From assembly GCA_963843375.1 (NCBI GenBank), contig CAWJKT010000015.1:32001-96000 (forward strand): 64,000 bases of DNA, written 5' to 3'. Positions within the stretch are counted from its first letter, which is position 1; each line of letters opens with the position of its first letter. The DNA is from an uncultured Pseudomonadota bacterium (GTDB taxonomy: Bacteria; Oederibacteriota; Muellerivitia; Muellerivitales; Muellerivitaceae). Under the pieces are notes generated by a model. That model made no database searches, was not told where the DNA came from, and saw nothing but the letters and a program-made list of their open reading frames with translations. Positions 41,605 to 51,649 of the stretch are shown piece after piece. Both the position numbers and the translations under genes were made by a program.

Positions 41605-42643
41605 GCTTGGCCGGACTGCGGAATGTTTGATTTTAATGTCGGCTATTTTTGCATTAGGAATTGGGTGCCGTTTGTGGGCGGCAACGGTAGAGGTGGAAAA
41701 TGAGGATGATGATATTTCCGTGATTCCCACGCCTGCGCCAAAGGCAATGAATCCCCAAGTGACTCCATCGAACGATAAAGGGGTTGATGCGGATATTGAA
41801 TTACAGGGCGAAGAAAAAGAAGTTTTGCCATCGCCAACACCCGTAAAAAAACCAGAGGTGGATACACCAACTCCGAGCGTTGTTGCAAATGAAAGCCAAG
41901 TGAAAAAAAATGAACAGTCGAATTCTATCGAATCGACCTTACCTCGGGTTCGGATCAATGATAATGTTGGTTTTTATTATTTTGTTTCCGCCGGTTTCAT
42001 GATTTCAGATAACGCCCAAATGCACTCCATAGGTAAAGTGATCGGGAACGCCGATACCAGCCTTAATTTCAGCATGCCCAAGAGAACTTATATTGAGTTG
42101 GCATCAGATCATTATGAAGTTAGGCCTGATGACTTATTAGTTGTTTTTCATTCGGTGCCGGCGTTTCATGATTCGCATTCCACATTTCCTGCATACCAAA
42201 TCGAAAATCTAGCCATTGTCAAAGTCATCGAAATTCAGAAAAGACGTGTGCTGGTTGAAGTAAAGGAATCTTTCCGGACTTTTCAGGACGGGGACTTAGT
42301 GGAGACTTATGAAAATGAGATTAAAAGATGGAAACAGGCTCAAATTAAAAAAGTCCTTCCTTCGCACCCCGTTAAATGTTTTGTAATGGGGGGGGAGTTA
42401 AGCCGCCAAAATTACGAACAAACAGATTTTATTTTTCTTTCCGCTGGCTCAAAAGCTGGTGTTGTGGAAGGCCAAAAATTTGAACTACGGGAAATTGACA
42501 ACACTGGTGCTATGGAAGAGCCTCTTCATGCGCTGCGAGGCGTCGCCCAAGTTATTTCTGCAGGACTAAGGTGCTCCACGGCACAAATCATTAGCAATAG
42601 TGAATCCATTAAAAAAGGTTTTGAAGCCGTTTACCAACCTTAG
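41594..42643 (+). CDS. Exported protein with an acidic/PTP linker and tandem FlgT-C/TsaP-like beta domains
   Basis: Signal peptide; TYIEL...DLLVVF...AIVKVIE..GDLV and DFIFLSAGSKAGVVEGQKF...GVAQVI...STAQII patterns. Confidence 0.55.
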   Translation: MPIKLGRTAECLILMSAIFALGIGCRLWAATVEVENEDDDISVIPTPAPKAMNPQVTPSNDKGVDADIELQGEEKEVLPSPTPVKKPEVDTPTPSVVANESQVKKNEQSNSIESTLPRVRINDNVGFYYFVSAGFMISDNAQMHSIGKVIGNADTSLNFSMPKRTYIELASDHYEVRPDDLLVVFHSVPAFHDSHSTFPAYQIENLAIVKVIEIQKRRVLVEVKESFRTFQDGDLVETYENEIKRWKQAQIKKVLPSHPVKCFVMGGELSRQNYEQTDFIFLSAGSKAGVVEGQKFELREIDNTGAMEEPLHALRGVAQVISAGLRCSTAQIISNSESIKKGFEAVYQP

Positions 42644-42673
42644 GAGGTTTTCGGACCCCGAGAGGAATCTCTC

Positions 42674-43531
42674 ATGACTGTGATGATAGAGGAAGATCAG
42701 AGTTTTAAAAAAATATTGGCTTTTCTTTTGCGCTCAAAAGGTTTCGACGGTAATCACTATAAAACTAATTACATCAAACGTCGAATCGCGGTTCGAATGA
42801 GGGTGGTCGGAGCTTCAACCTATACCGACTATTTAAAAATCCTCCAACATAACCTTGAAGAACCAGCCAGACTTCTGGACCGCCTGACAATCCACGTAAC
42901 AGAATTTTTTCGTGATCCGAGTGTTTATAAAGCGGTCCAAGAAAAAGTACTTCCCGGTTTTTTGGGAAAAGCAGGAAAAAAAATGAAAGTATGGTGCGCT
43001 GGCTGCAGTACCGGTGAGGAGCCCTATTCACTTGCGGGGCTGTTGAACGAATGGGTTTCTTCGAATCCGGAGTACTCTTTTCAAATATTTGCTACGGACA
43101 TTGACCTAAAAAGCATCAGCTTCGCTGAAAAAGGGGAGTATTCACGTGAGTCCTTGGTAAAGGTGCCCAAAGGGGGGCTGACCCGTTGGTTTCGTTCCGA
43201 TGGAACAAAGGTCTCAGTTTCATTTGAATTGAAGAATCATGTTCGATTCAGGGTACATGATTTGCTTGGGAAATGGATGGCAAGTTTGTCCGATTTCGAC
43301 CTCATCTTTTGCCGGAATCTTTTAATCTACCTTACTGGAAAACAACAACAAAAAATTTATGAACAGTTTTCAAACGCCCTAAATCCCCAAGGGTATCTTG
43401 TGCTAGGGCTTACGGAAACCCTTCTGGGGCCCGCTCGGAAATATTTCCATTGCGTGGATGTTAAACATCGTATTTATCAAACCCTGGATTCAAGCGGTGA
43501 ATTGGATTTGGAAAAGGATGCGAATGGATAA
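42674..43531 (+). CDS. cheR: Chemotaxis protein methyltransferase CheR
   Basis: TEFFRD, WCAGCSTGEEPYSLA, ATDID, FCRNLLIY. Confidence 0.95.
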   Translation: MTVMIEEDQSFKKILAFLLRSKGFDGNHYKTNYIKRRIAVRMRVVGASTYTDYLKILQHNLEEPARLLDRLTIHVTEFFRDPSVYKAVQEKVLPGFLGKAGKKMKVWCAGCSTGEEPYSLAGLLNEWVSSNPEYSFQIFATDIDLKSISFAEKGEYSRESLVKVPKGGLTRWFRSDGTKVSVSFELKNHVRFRVHDLLGKWMASLSDFDLIFCRNLLIYLTGKQQQKIYEQFSNALNPQGYLVLGLTETLLGPARKYFHCVDVKHRIYQTLDSSGELDLEKDANG

Positions 43532-44696
43532 GGCACAAGAACACATCAATTTGGGGACGGCTTTTTCCCTTTCGCGTCGATTCGATGACGCCATCATTGA
43601 GTTCAAAAGAGCGTTGGAACTGAGTCCTTCTGACGCTGAGATACTTTTTCAATTGGGGGGACTCAGCACGAATGTTGGAAATTATGGGGAGGCGGAAAAT
43701 TATTACCGCCGCTCGCTTGAAATAAATCAAATGAATCTAAACGCACATTGCAAGCTGGGACTCCTTTTGGAAGTTCAGGGGAAATATCAGGAAGCTATTT
43801 TGGCGTTTCAGAAATCGGTTGAATTAAATCCTCTTGATGTCGGCCTTTACAATAACCTCGGAAATGTCTATTCCAAAATGGGGAAATACCAGGAGGCGAT
43901 TGGACAATACCAGAAATATATTGTTATCAATAAAAGTAACGCTGAGATTTACTTCAAATTGGGATATGCCTATGAACAAGCCGGTCAGTTGGAGGAGGCG
44001 ATTTCTTCTTACGAACGGGCTTTGATTACGAATCCGCGGCACGCCGCGGTTTACGCTATTTTGGGAAACGTTTATTTAAAAACCGGGAAATACAATGAGG
44101 CGATCGTTCAATACCATCAGGCCGTGAAATTTAACCCTAACGAACCGGAAGTTCATCTTAAACTCGGCCAAGCCTATATGTCACTTGGTCAATACGAAAA
44201 GGCGTTGGAGATTTTGAATCAGGCAAAAATAAAAAATCCCAACAACGCTGAAGTCTATTTGAAATTAGGAATGATTTACGCAAGTCGGGGTCAACATGAT
44301 GAGGCCATTCAAATGTATAGAAAAGTTATGGAAATCAACCCTAATGATGCAAGCGTTCACAATGTTTTGGGGTATATTTATGACAAGCAGGGCGACCTTC
44401 AGCGGGCTCGGGATGAGTATAAAGCCGCCAAGTTAATTAATCCAAACGATGTTCAGATTTTGGACAATTTAGGAAATTTGAGTTACAAACAGGGGAATTT
44501 TGACGAAGCGGTTGTCGAGTTTGAAAAACTGATAACTTTGAATCCTTCTCACCTGGACGCTCAGGCCAAACTGGGAAACATTTACATGAAAAAGGGCGAA
44601 AAAGAAAAAGCCATAGCTCATTGGGAGAAAGCATTGATACTCGATCCTTCGAATGATATTTTAAAAAATAATTTGAAAATTGTGCGAGGGAACTAA
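43524..44696 (+). CDS. Cytoplasmic all-TPR protein (~11 repeats)
   Basis: Regular 34-aa YNNLG.VY..MGKY.EAI repeats; no signal peptide; overlaps the end of cheR. Confidence 0.9.
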   Translation: MDKAQEHINLGTAFSLSRRFDDAIIEFKRALELSPSDAEILFQLGGLSTNVGNYGEAENYYRRSLEINQMNLNAHCKLGLLLEVQGKYQEAILAFQKSVELNPLDVGLYNNLGNVYSKMGKYQEAIGQYQKYIVINKSNAEIYFKLGYAYEQAGQLEEAISSYERALITNPRHAAVYAILGNVYLKTGKYNEAIVQYHQAVKFNPNEPEVHLKLGQAYMSLGQYEKALEILNQAKIKNPNNAEVYLKLGMIYASRGQHDEAIQMYRKVMEINPNDASVHNVLGYIYDKQGDLQRARDEYKAAKLINPNDVQILDNLGNLSYKQGNFDEAVVEFEKLITLNPSHLDAQAKLGNIYMKKGEKEKAIAHWEKALILDPSNDILKNNLKIVRGN

Positions 44697-44699
44697 TTT

Positions 44700-45338
44700 A
44701 TGATGAAACCGCAAGAAAAATCATTGGGTGAGCTTCTTCGCCAAGCGGGAAAAATCACTTTTCGTCAAATTCAAGTGGCGTTAGGCGAACAAAAAAAAAC
44801 CCATGAACCGATTGGGAAAATTCTGATAAAGCTGGGTTTTGTCGAGGAACAAGACATATTGCAAGTCATGCAAGGGATGATGGTTTTGACCTTTCGTGTG
44901 GAAAAAGAATGGTATGGAATTGAAACATTTCGGGTTCGTGAAGTTTTAAAATACTCACCATTTCAATTGTTGGAAAATCCGAATGGGTCCTGGGTGGGAA
45001 CACTTTCTTTGCGAGGGAAAACTATTTCTGTTTTATCTTTTCGAACTTTTCTGGAAATGGGACAAGTTCAAAGTCCTGAGGGAACTTGGTTTATTGTTTT
45101 GGAAAAGAAAGGGAATCCATTTGTATTGTGGGTTGATCAGGTGAAAGAAGTCACGAGGTTTAAAATAGAACAAATTGAACCCTTGCCGCCTTATTTATTG
45201 GGTAAAAAAAACGACTTATATTATTGTTTGGGTAAAATAAAAGACGATCTTTATTCAATCTTAAATCCAGACAAATTAATCGACGATAACGGCGTTTTAC
45301 TGCCATCGTCAGGGGTTGGTTATGCCTACCCGACCTGA
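44700..45338 (+). CDS. MshEN (GSPII_N)-CheW fusion protein
   Basis: Two 24-aa MshEN-type motifs with a 5-aa linker (SLGELL..AGKI....I...L..Q-KKTHE-PIGKIL..LGFV), then CheW (YGIE..RVREV, GTLSLRG, WVDQVKEV). Confidence 0.8.
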   Translation: MMKPQEKSLGELLRQAGKITFRQIQVALGEQKKTHEPIGKILIKLGFVEEQDILQVMQGMMVLTFRVEKEWYGIETFRVREVLKYSPFQLLENPNGSWVGTLSLRGKTISVLSFRTFLEMGQVQSPEGTWFIVLEKKGNPFVLWVDQVKEVTRFKIEQIEPLPPYLLGKKNDLYYCLGKIKDDLYSILNPDKLIDDNGVLLPSSGVGYAYPT

Positions 45339-47535
45339 AACTAAAACTATCCGTGAACTTGCCCATGGAAGCGATCAAGGGGACGCTTCTACTCACAATA
45401 ATTTGGGCGTATTTTATTATTCCAAAGGGATGTATGCCGAGGCCATAAAAGAATTTAAAACGGCTTTGGAAGTGGATCCGGAAAACAATCAAGCGCAAGA
45501 AAACTTGAAGGCCGTGAACCGTCATACAGGGCTTTATGATAGGTCGATCGAGGCTTACAAAAAATCAGTCCAAATGTTTCCCCAGGATGCCGAGGCTTAT
45601 TACAATCTGGCCAATGCATATCGTTATACCGGTCAATATGAAAAGGCCATCGAGGAGTATCGAAAGTCGCTCCAATTAAATCCGGACCATCCTTTTGCCA
45701 GGAATTATTTGGGGATTGCTAACAAATGCTTAGGCAGGTTTGATGAAGCACTGGCCGAATTTCGAAAGGCCATTGAAAAAAATCCTTTTTTTGCCGACCT
45801 TCATAATAATTTGGGCGAGGTTTATTATAAAAAAACTATGATCAACGAGGCATTGATCGAGTTTAAAAAAGCTATTTCCCTAAATCCTGATTATGCCATT
45901 GCCCATTACAATTTAAGTTTTGTTTATGGCGACAAAAATATGCTTCAAGAAGCGGAACGAGAATTCAAAAAAGCCGTAGATTTGAATCCGAATTTTGGTC
46001 AAGGATCACAGGCACTTTTGGCTATTGAACGCCCTAAAACCTTGGAAGAAAGGGTAGCGGAGAAAGTCGCAGCAAATCCCGCCGAACACAATGGAGTCGA
46101 TACTTATTTGAGCTTAGCTTCCGCATATAAAGGAAAGGGGTTATTGGACGAGGCTATTCGGGAATATAAACGGGCCATCGAGGCCGTTCCTGGACAAGAA
46201 AAACTTTATCGCGCCTTAGGAGAAATATATCTTGTTAAAGGGATGTTGGAGGACTCCTTAGCGGCTTCCCAAAAAGCCATCGAATTGGCTCCCAAGAATG
46301 TTGAAAACTATATTCAAACAGGGATTGCTTTAAGAGAACTTAATCGAACGGACCAAGCCGCAAAACAGTTTCTAACGGCCATACAAATATCACCTGGATC
46401 TAGTATGGGCCATTTTGAACTGGGAGTGACCTACTTTAAAATGGGTGAAAGTGAAAAGGCGACCCAACAGGTGCGGGAAGCATTGGAAATCGATCCTCAA
46501 AATGCCGAAGCCCATTATTATCTTGGAGTTTATTACTACAAAGTGAATTTATATGACGAAGCCATTCGTGAAATTTCACAAGCCATTGATTTAAATGTTT
46601 CTATCGCATCCAGCGCTGAAGCGTTGACCTATCTGGGATTGGCTTTATCCGATAAGGGACGGTTTGAGGAAGCGATCGCGGAATATAAAAAAGCGATGGA
46701 GTTTGACCCCAAAAATCCGATAATTCACAATAGCTTAGGAGTTGCTTACAAGAATGCAGGTATGATTCAAGAATCCATTGCACATTACCAAAAGGCCATT
46801 GAACTTAACCCCCAATACGCAAAAGCCTACAATAATTTAGGCGTTGTTTACTTTAAAATGAGCCAATACGAGAGGGCCATTGAAGCATTCAAAAAAGCGG
46901 TTGAAATTGAACCGCTTTATAAAACAGCGCAAAATAATTTGGCCGTTGCCCTGAAAAAGAAGAATGTCCTGTCGGAAGCATCGGAAGTTCTTATTAAACA
47001 AATTATGGCGGATCCCGAAAACGCTTCTCTCCATTTCAATTTAGGAATTCTTTATAAGAATACTGGGCAGTTTTTGGAGGCCGTTAGGGAATTTCAAGAA
47101 ACGGTTCGATTAGTTCCGAAGAATCGTGAGGCTCTTACAAATTTAGGTGAAGTTTATTTGAACTTGGAAATGTTGGATGATGCCATAAAGGTTTTGGCAC
47201 GCGCAGTGTCCTGTGATGTTCAATTTCCGGAAGCTCATTTACAACTGGGCAAGGTCTACATTCGGCGCAAATGGTGGGACGAGGCGCTAGTTGAACTTAG
47301 AAAAGCAGAGGAGCTTAAACCGGAATTGAATGAGGTTCATTTTTATTTGGGGCAGGTGTATAGGTTTAAAAGTTGGTGGGATGAAGCGGTTGTCGAGTTT
47401 CAGAAATATATGGACTCCCATAGCCCTGAAGAAGATAAGGTGATTCAATCGATTGACATGCTTCAACAGATACAAGTTTGGAAAAGAGAACTACAGATTT
47501 CTCCCAGCGCCGATAAATCGAAATTGATTAAATAG
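45322..47535 (+). CDS. Large cytoplasmic all-TPR protein (~20 repeats)
   Basis: Continuous HNNLG/YYNLA/HFELG TPR repeats; overlaps the end of MshEN-CheW. Confidence 0.9.
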   Translation: MPTRPETKTIRELAHGSDQGDASTHNNLGVFYYSKGMYAEAIKEFKTALEVDPENNQAQENLKAVNRHTGLYDRSIEAYKKSVQMFPQDAEAYYNLANAYRYTGQYEKAIEEYRKSLQLNPDHPFARNYLGIANKCLGRFDEALAEFRKAIEKNPFFADLHNNLGEVYYKKTMINEALIEFKKAISLNPDYAIAHYNLSFVYGDKNMLQEAEREFKKAVDLNPNFGQGSQALLAIERPKTLEERVAEKVAANPAEHNGVDTYLSLASAYKGKGLLDEAIREYKRAIEAVPGQEKLYRALGEIYLVKGMLEDSLAASQKAIELAPKNVENYIQTGIALRELNRTDQAAKQFLTAIQISPGSSMGHFELGVTYFKMGESEKATQQVREALEIDPQNAEAHYYLGVYYYKVNLYDEAIREISQAIDLNVSIASSAEALTYLGLALSDKGRFEEAIAEYKKAMEFDPKNPIIHNSLGVAYKNAGMIQESIAHYQKAIELNPQYAKAYNNLGVVYFKMSQYERAIEAFKKAVEIEPLYKTAQNNLAVALKKKNVLSEASEVLIKQIMADPENASLHFNLGILYKNTGQFLEAVREFQETVRLVPKNREALTNLGEVYLNLEMLDDAIKVLARAVSCDVQFPEAHLQLGKVYIRRKWWDEALVELRKAEELKPELNEVHFYLGQVYRFKSWWDEAVVEFQKYMDSHSPEEDKVIQSIDMLQQIQVWKRELQISPSADKSKLIK

Positions 47536-47546
47536 TAAGGATATTC

Positions 47547-47885
47547 ATGAAATTGCTTGTTTGTATTATTTCGCCCAAAAAAATTGAACAAGTTAAAAAG
47601 ACTTTATGGGAAGCTGGAGTTCGAGGAGTAACCTTGTCGGAGGGGTATGGTTTTGGATATCAAAGGGTTCAGGTAGAAGCGATAAAAGGGGCGGATTATA
47701 AAGTCCAATACCAGCCGAGAATACGTGTTGAAATTGCATTGCCTAATAATGAAGTTGAAAAAGTGCTTGAACTGCTTTTGGAAACAGTCCGGACGGGTCG
47801 AATTGGAGATGGAAAATTCTTTATCTTACCTCTTGAGGATGCGATTCGTGTTCGCACGGGTGAACGGGGCGAAGGTACTCTTTAA
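47547..47885 (+). CDS. P-II family signal transduction protein (divergent GlnB/GlnK-like)
   Basis: 112 aa, colinear with GlnB; GFG.Q, T-loop Y51, TGRIGDGK B-loop, IRVRTGERG C-loop. Confidence 0.92.
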   Translation: MKLLVCIISPKKIEQVKKTLWEAGVRGVTLSEGYGFGYQRVQVEAIKGADYKVQYQPRIRVEIALPNNEVEKVLELLLETVRTGRIGDGKFFILPLEDAIRVRTGERGEGTL

Positions 47886-48003
47886 TAGGTTTTTATTGAT
47901 TGGCATAAAGCTTAAAATTTAAAAAGGTTTTCATTTTTCAACAAAACAATTAACATCAGTTTGGATCGGAACTACAAATTTATTCGTTTTTAGGGAGGGT
48001 GAA

Positions 48004-48366
48004 GTGGCACATCGAGTTATGCTCGTTGATGATGCGTCTTTCATGAGAATGATGCTGAAAAACATTCTTGTGGGATCCGGATATGAAATTATTGGTGAGG
48101 CTGAAAACGGGGCCAAAGCGGTTGAACAATATAAGAGCCTGAAACCGGATTTAACAATCATGGATATTATCATGCCTGAAATGGGTGGTATTGATGCGGT
48201 ACGGGAAATTGTAAAAATAAATCCTTCCGCAAAAATTCTAATGTGTAGCTCCATGGGTCAACAATCATTAGTGGTGGAAGCAATTCAAGCTGGGGCCAAA
48301 GATTTTATTGTCAAACCTTTTCAACCATCCAACGTATTGGAGGCTGTTAAAAAGGCATTGGGTTAA
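48004..48366 (+). CDS. cheY: CheY-like response regulator
   Basis: VDDASFMR, MDIIMPEM, SSMGQQ, AKDFIVKPF. Confidence 0.93.
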   Translation: MAHRVMLVDDASFMRMMLKNILVGSGYEIIGEAENGAKAVEQYKSLKPDLTIMDIIMPEMGGIDAVREIVKINPSAKILMCSSMGQQSLVVEAIQAGAKDFIVKPFQPSNVLEAVKKALG

Positions 48367-48414
48367 ACCTAAAGCACTTTAAAGTCTATTCGGTTAAACA
48401 AAGTGGGTGGCGCG

Positions 48415-49054
48415 ATGGGAATAGAATCTGAAATTTTCAGTGATTTTCAATTGGATGCTTTGCGGGAAATCGGAAATGTTGGAGCCGGAAACGCCGCCAC
48501 TGCTCTTTCTCAAATGGTCGGGCGCCGAGTCGATATGTCGGTAACAAAGGTTTTGGTTTTGCCAACCGATGGCATTGCGGGTTTTTTAGGCGGGTTGGAT
48601 CAAAATGTGGCTGCGGTTCATATGCCCATCTATGGAGAAGTTTGCGGTATTTCCCTTGTGTTCTTTCCACTGGATAGAATCAATGAGCTTTGTGGGATGT
48701 TGATCGGAAAAGTAGAAAAAGATCCATTCCATTTGTCCGAATTGGGCCAATCCGCCATTAAGGAACTTGGAAGCATACTAACGGGTTCCTATTTAAGCGC
48801 TTTGTTCAGGTTTGTCCATATTCAAATGATCCATGGTGTTCCTGGGCTTGGCGTTAGATATGGCGCAAGCCGTGCTTGATACGGTTTTGGTGGAATTAGA
48901 GCAAAAAGAAGAAATCGCCATCGTGATTGAAACAGAATTTCTTGAAAATGAAAAACAATTAACAGGTAGTTTTTTCCTTTTGCCGGAAGCCGGGTCTTTG
49001 AAAAAATTGTTTATTGCTTTTTCAAAATCACTTGGAATTCCTGGGAATGCCTGA
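48415..49054 (+). CDS. cheC: CheC phosphatase (one frameshift near 48845)
   Basis: DALREIGNVGAGNAATALSQM; continues LALDMAQAVL..IETEF..FFLLP in ORF 48833. Confidence 0.88.
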
Positions 49055-49533
49055 AGAAAACTGGATTGTTGGCATCGCGGAATATAAGGTAACCCACAGC
49101 CCAAACAGGCTAGTGGCTTATGGTCTGGGTTCTTGCGTGGGGGCTATACTTTGCGATCTCCAGGCTAAAGTTGGCGGGTTGGCTCATATCATGCTTCCCT
49201 CAAGCCGTCTTTATGTTCAGACGGAATTTCCTGGTAAGTTTGCCGATACTGCGATTGACATGTTAGTAAATGAGATGGAAAAATTGGGGAGCTGTCCAAA
49301 AAATATTTTCTCCAAAATTGTTGGTGGCGCAAATATGTTTTCTTCGATCTCGCAAAATTCAGTTCCGATTGGGTTGCGTAACGTTTCTGCTGTTCGTGAA
49401 AAGTTGCAGCAGCGAAACATCCCTATTTTGGCCGAACAAGTGGGGGGGACCCAGGGAAGAACAGTCTTATTTGATATTGAGACCGGAAAGAGTTGAAATA
49501 CGGAAATTAAATCAATTTTCGGAATGGATTTGA
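49047..49533 (+). CDS. cheD: CheD chemoreceptor glutamine deamidase (frameshift near the 3' end)
   Basis: GLGSCVG, AHIMLP, KFADTA, GGANMF, IGLRN, GG.QGRT. Confidence 0.92.
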
Positions 49534-49546
49534 TCGGAAGTGTGAA

Positions 49547-50079
49547 TTGAGTGTTTCGTTATCGGAAGTATCTAATAGTTTCCAGGTTAGCGATGAATTC
49601 CAATGGGTTGTTTTCTGCATAGCTGGATCCGAGATGAGTGTTGGGATCAGTCATGTTCGGGAAATAATCCGTGTGGGCGAAATAACTCGAATGCCAAGGG
49701 CTCCCAAATTTTTGGAAGGAATCATCAATCTGCGAGGACGTATTATCCCCGTTTTAGACTTGAAAAGACGTTTTAATATGCCACTTGTGGATTCGACAAG
49801 TGAATCACGGATATTAGTAGTTGAAATTGAAGACCAAATGTTAGGTCTTTTAGTGGATAAGATTTTAGAAGTCATAAAAGTTTCTGTCGCAAATGTCGCT
49901 CCGCCAAAAGAGACGACATTGAATATCGGCCCCGAGTATCATAAATGGAGTGCTGACTTTGGATCGTCGAAAAATTCTTATTTTTGAACTTGCTGAAGCT
50001 TTTTGTATTTGAGGATATGAAATTATTTTCGGATTCTGAGGCGGGTTCTTTTGGGGAGGGAAAAACCATTGGCCATTAA
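49547..50079 (+). CDS. cheW: CheW coupling protein (frameshifts near 49940-49985; end approximate)
   Basis: VREII, P.AP.F.EGIINLRGRIIPVLDL, GLLVD. Confidence 0.9.
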
Positions 50080-50434
50080 AGTATTATTCGTGGATGATTC
50101 TTCTTTCATGAGAACTGTTCTGAAAGGGATTATTCTAAAAGACCCTTTTGAACTTGCAGGAGAGGCTGGAACCGGTAAAGATGCCGTGGATCTTTATAAG
50201 AAGTTAAAACCTGATCTCGTCACCATGGATATCGTGATGCCGGAAATGAACGGTATAGACGCCGTAAAAGAGATTCGACTCTTTGACTCGCAAGCGAAAA
50301 TCATTATGGTAAGTGCGATGGGGCAACAGAATATGGTGATTGATTCTATACAGGCAGGTGCCAGGGATTTCATAATTAAACCCTTTCAGCCACCGCGCGT
50401 CCACGAAGCTTTGAAGCGGGTAATTGGTATTTAA
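50069..50434 (+). CDS. cheY: Second CheY-like response regulator
   Basis: VDDSSFMR, TMDIVMPEM, SAMGQQ, FIIKPF. Confidence 0.92.
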   Translation: MAIKVLFVDDSSFMRTVLKGIILKDPFELAGEAGTGKDAVDLYKKLKPDLVTMDIVMPEMNGIDAVKEIRLFDSQAKIIMVSAMGQQNMVIDSIQAGARDFIIKPFQPPRVHEALKRVIGI

Positions 50435-50464
50435 GATGTATATATCAGGCCTTAGGAATTCTTT

Positions 50465-51577
50465 ATGATGCCTGAAAAATCCTCCACCATTAAAGTTTTG
50501 GTCGTCGATGACTCCTACTTCATGCGAAAAATGCTTCAGGATATCTTGGCGGATTCAAGCGATGTTATCCGTGTAGTGGACACCGCTAAAAACGGTTTGG
50601 AGGCAATTGAAAAGACTAAAAAATTAAAACCTGATGTTATTACCATGGATGTCGAAATGCCTCGGATGGATGGTTTGGTGGCTCTTGAAAAGATTATGCG
50701 GGAACGACCGACCCCAGTGATCATGCTCTCGAGCCACACAGGAAAAGGTAGCGAAGCCACTATTCGGGCGCTGGAATTAGGAGCCGTTGATTTTATCGAA
50801 AAGCCGGTCGGCAGGATCTTGGAAAATGTTCGGGACATTCAAGGTGAATTGATTGAGAAAATTAAGATGGCGTCCCTAAGCAGGCCAAGATACTTTCCTC
50901 CATCGAGTCCAGAAGTTGAAACTAAAAGTTCAATAAAAAACCGTCCGCAGGTGAGCGGGGCTTCATCAAACGGTATCAAAAGTGAAAATCGGGCGACTTT
51001 TATTGTTGCAATCGCCTCGTCGACGGGCGGTCCCCGCGCACTGAACGAGCTTTTTTCTCGAATAACTGGAAATTCAACTTCGGCTTTCGTAATTGTGCAA
51101 CATATATCCGTTGGATTTACCAAGGCTTTAGCCCGAAGGTTAGGGGAAGTGAGCCCATTAGTATTTTCAGAAGCAATAGAAAATGGTTACTTGAAAGCAG
51201 GATGTGTTTATCTCGCGCCTGGGGGATGTCATCTCGTTTTAGAGGGGTTGCCCGGCAATTTTCGATTTGCCTTTGACGACTCTCCTCCCCGTTTAGGCGT
51301 CAAGCCCTCGGCGGATATTACAATGGCCTCCGTGGCAAAGGTTGCTCCAAAAAAATGTTTGGGAGTTGTTTTAACAGGAATGGGCCGGGATGGAACTATT
51401 GGTTTAAAAAGTATACGAGCTGTTGGTGGAAAAACGTTTGCTCAAGATGCAGAGAGTTGTGTTGTCTATGGCATGCCTAAATCTGCGATGGATGCCAAAG
51501 TGATAGATCGACAATTGCCAATAGCCGCAATTGCGGCTGAAATCAATGCCTTTTTAAGCCACCAAATTGAACTCTAG
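50465..51577 (+). CDS. cheB: CheB methylesterase (REC plus esterase domain)
   Basis: TMDVEMP, ASSTGGP, VQH, LTGMGRDG, VYGMP. Confidence 0.95.
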   Translation: MMPEKSSTIKVLVVDDSYFMRKMLQDILADSSDVIRVVDTAKNGLEAIEKTKKLKPDVITMDVEMPRMDGLVALEKIMRERPTPVIMLSSHTGKGSEATIRALELGAVDFIEKPVGRILENVRDIQGELIEKIKMASLSRPRYFPPSSPEVETKSSIKNRPQVSGASSNGIKSENRATFIVAIASSTGGPRALNELFSRITGNSTSAFVIVQHISVGFTKALARRLGEVSPLVFSEAIENGYLKAGCVYLAPGGCHLVLEGLPGNFRFAFDDSPPRLGVKPSADITMASVAKVAPKKCLGVVLTGMGRDGTIGLKSIRAVGGKTFAQDAESCVVYGMPKSAMDAKVIDRQLPIAAIAAEINAFLSHQIEL

Positions 51578-51649
51578 TGACGGAATGTCATAACCAATGG
51601 TTTAAAATACATAAGGTGATTTGGACTTTGTTATTGACGGGAGCTTTTA

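Noticed and set aside
47901..47916. Sigma54 promoter (TGGCAT...) upstream of cheY
   Set aside because: The -12 GC is absent (AA at the required position).
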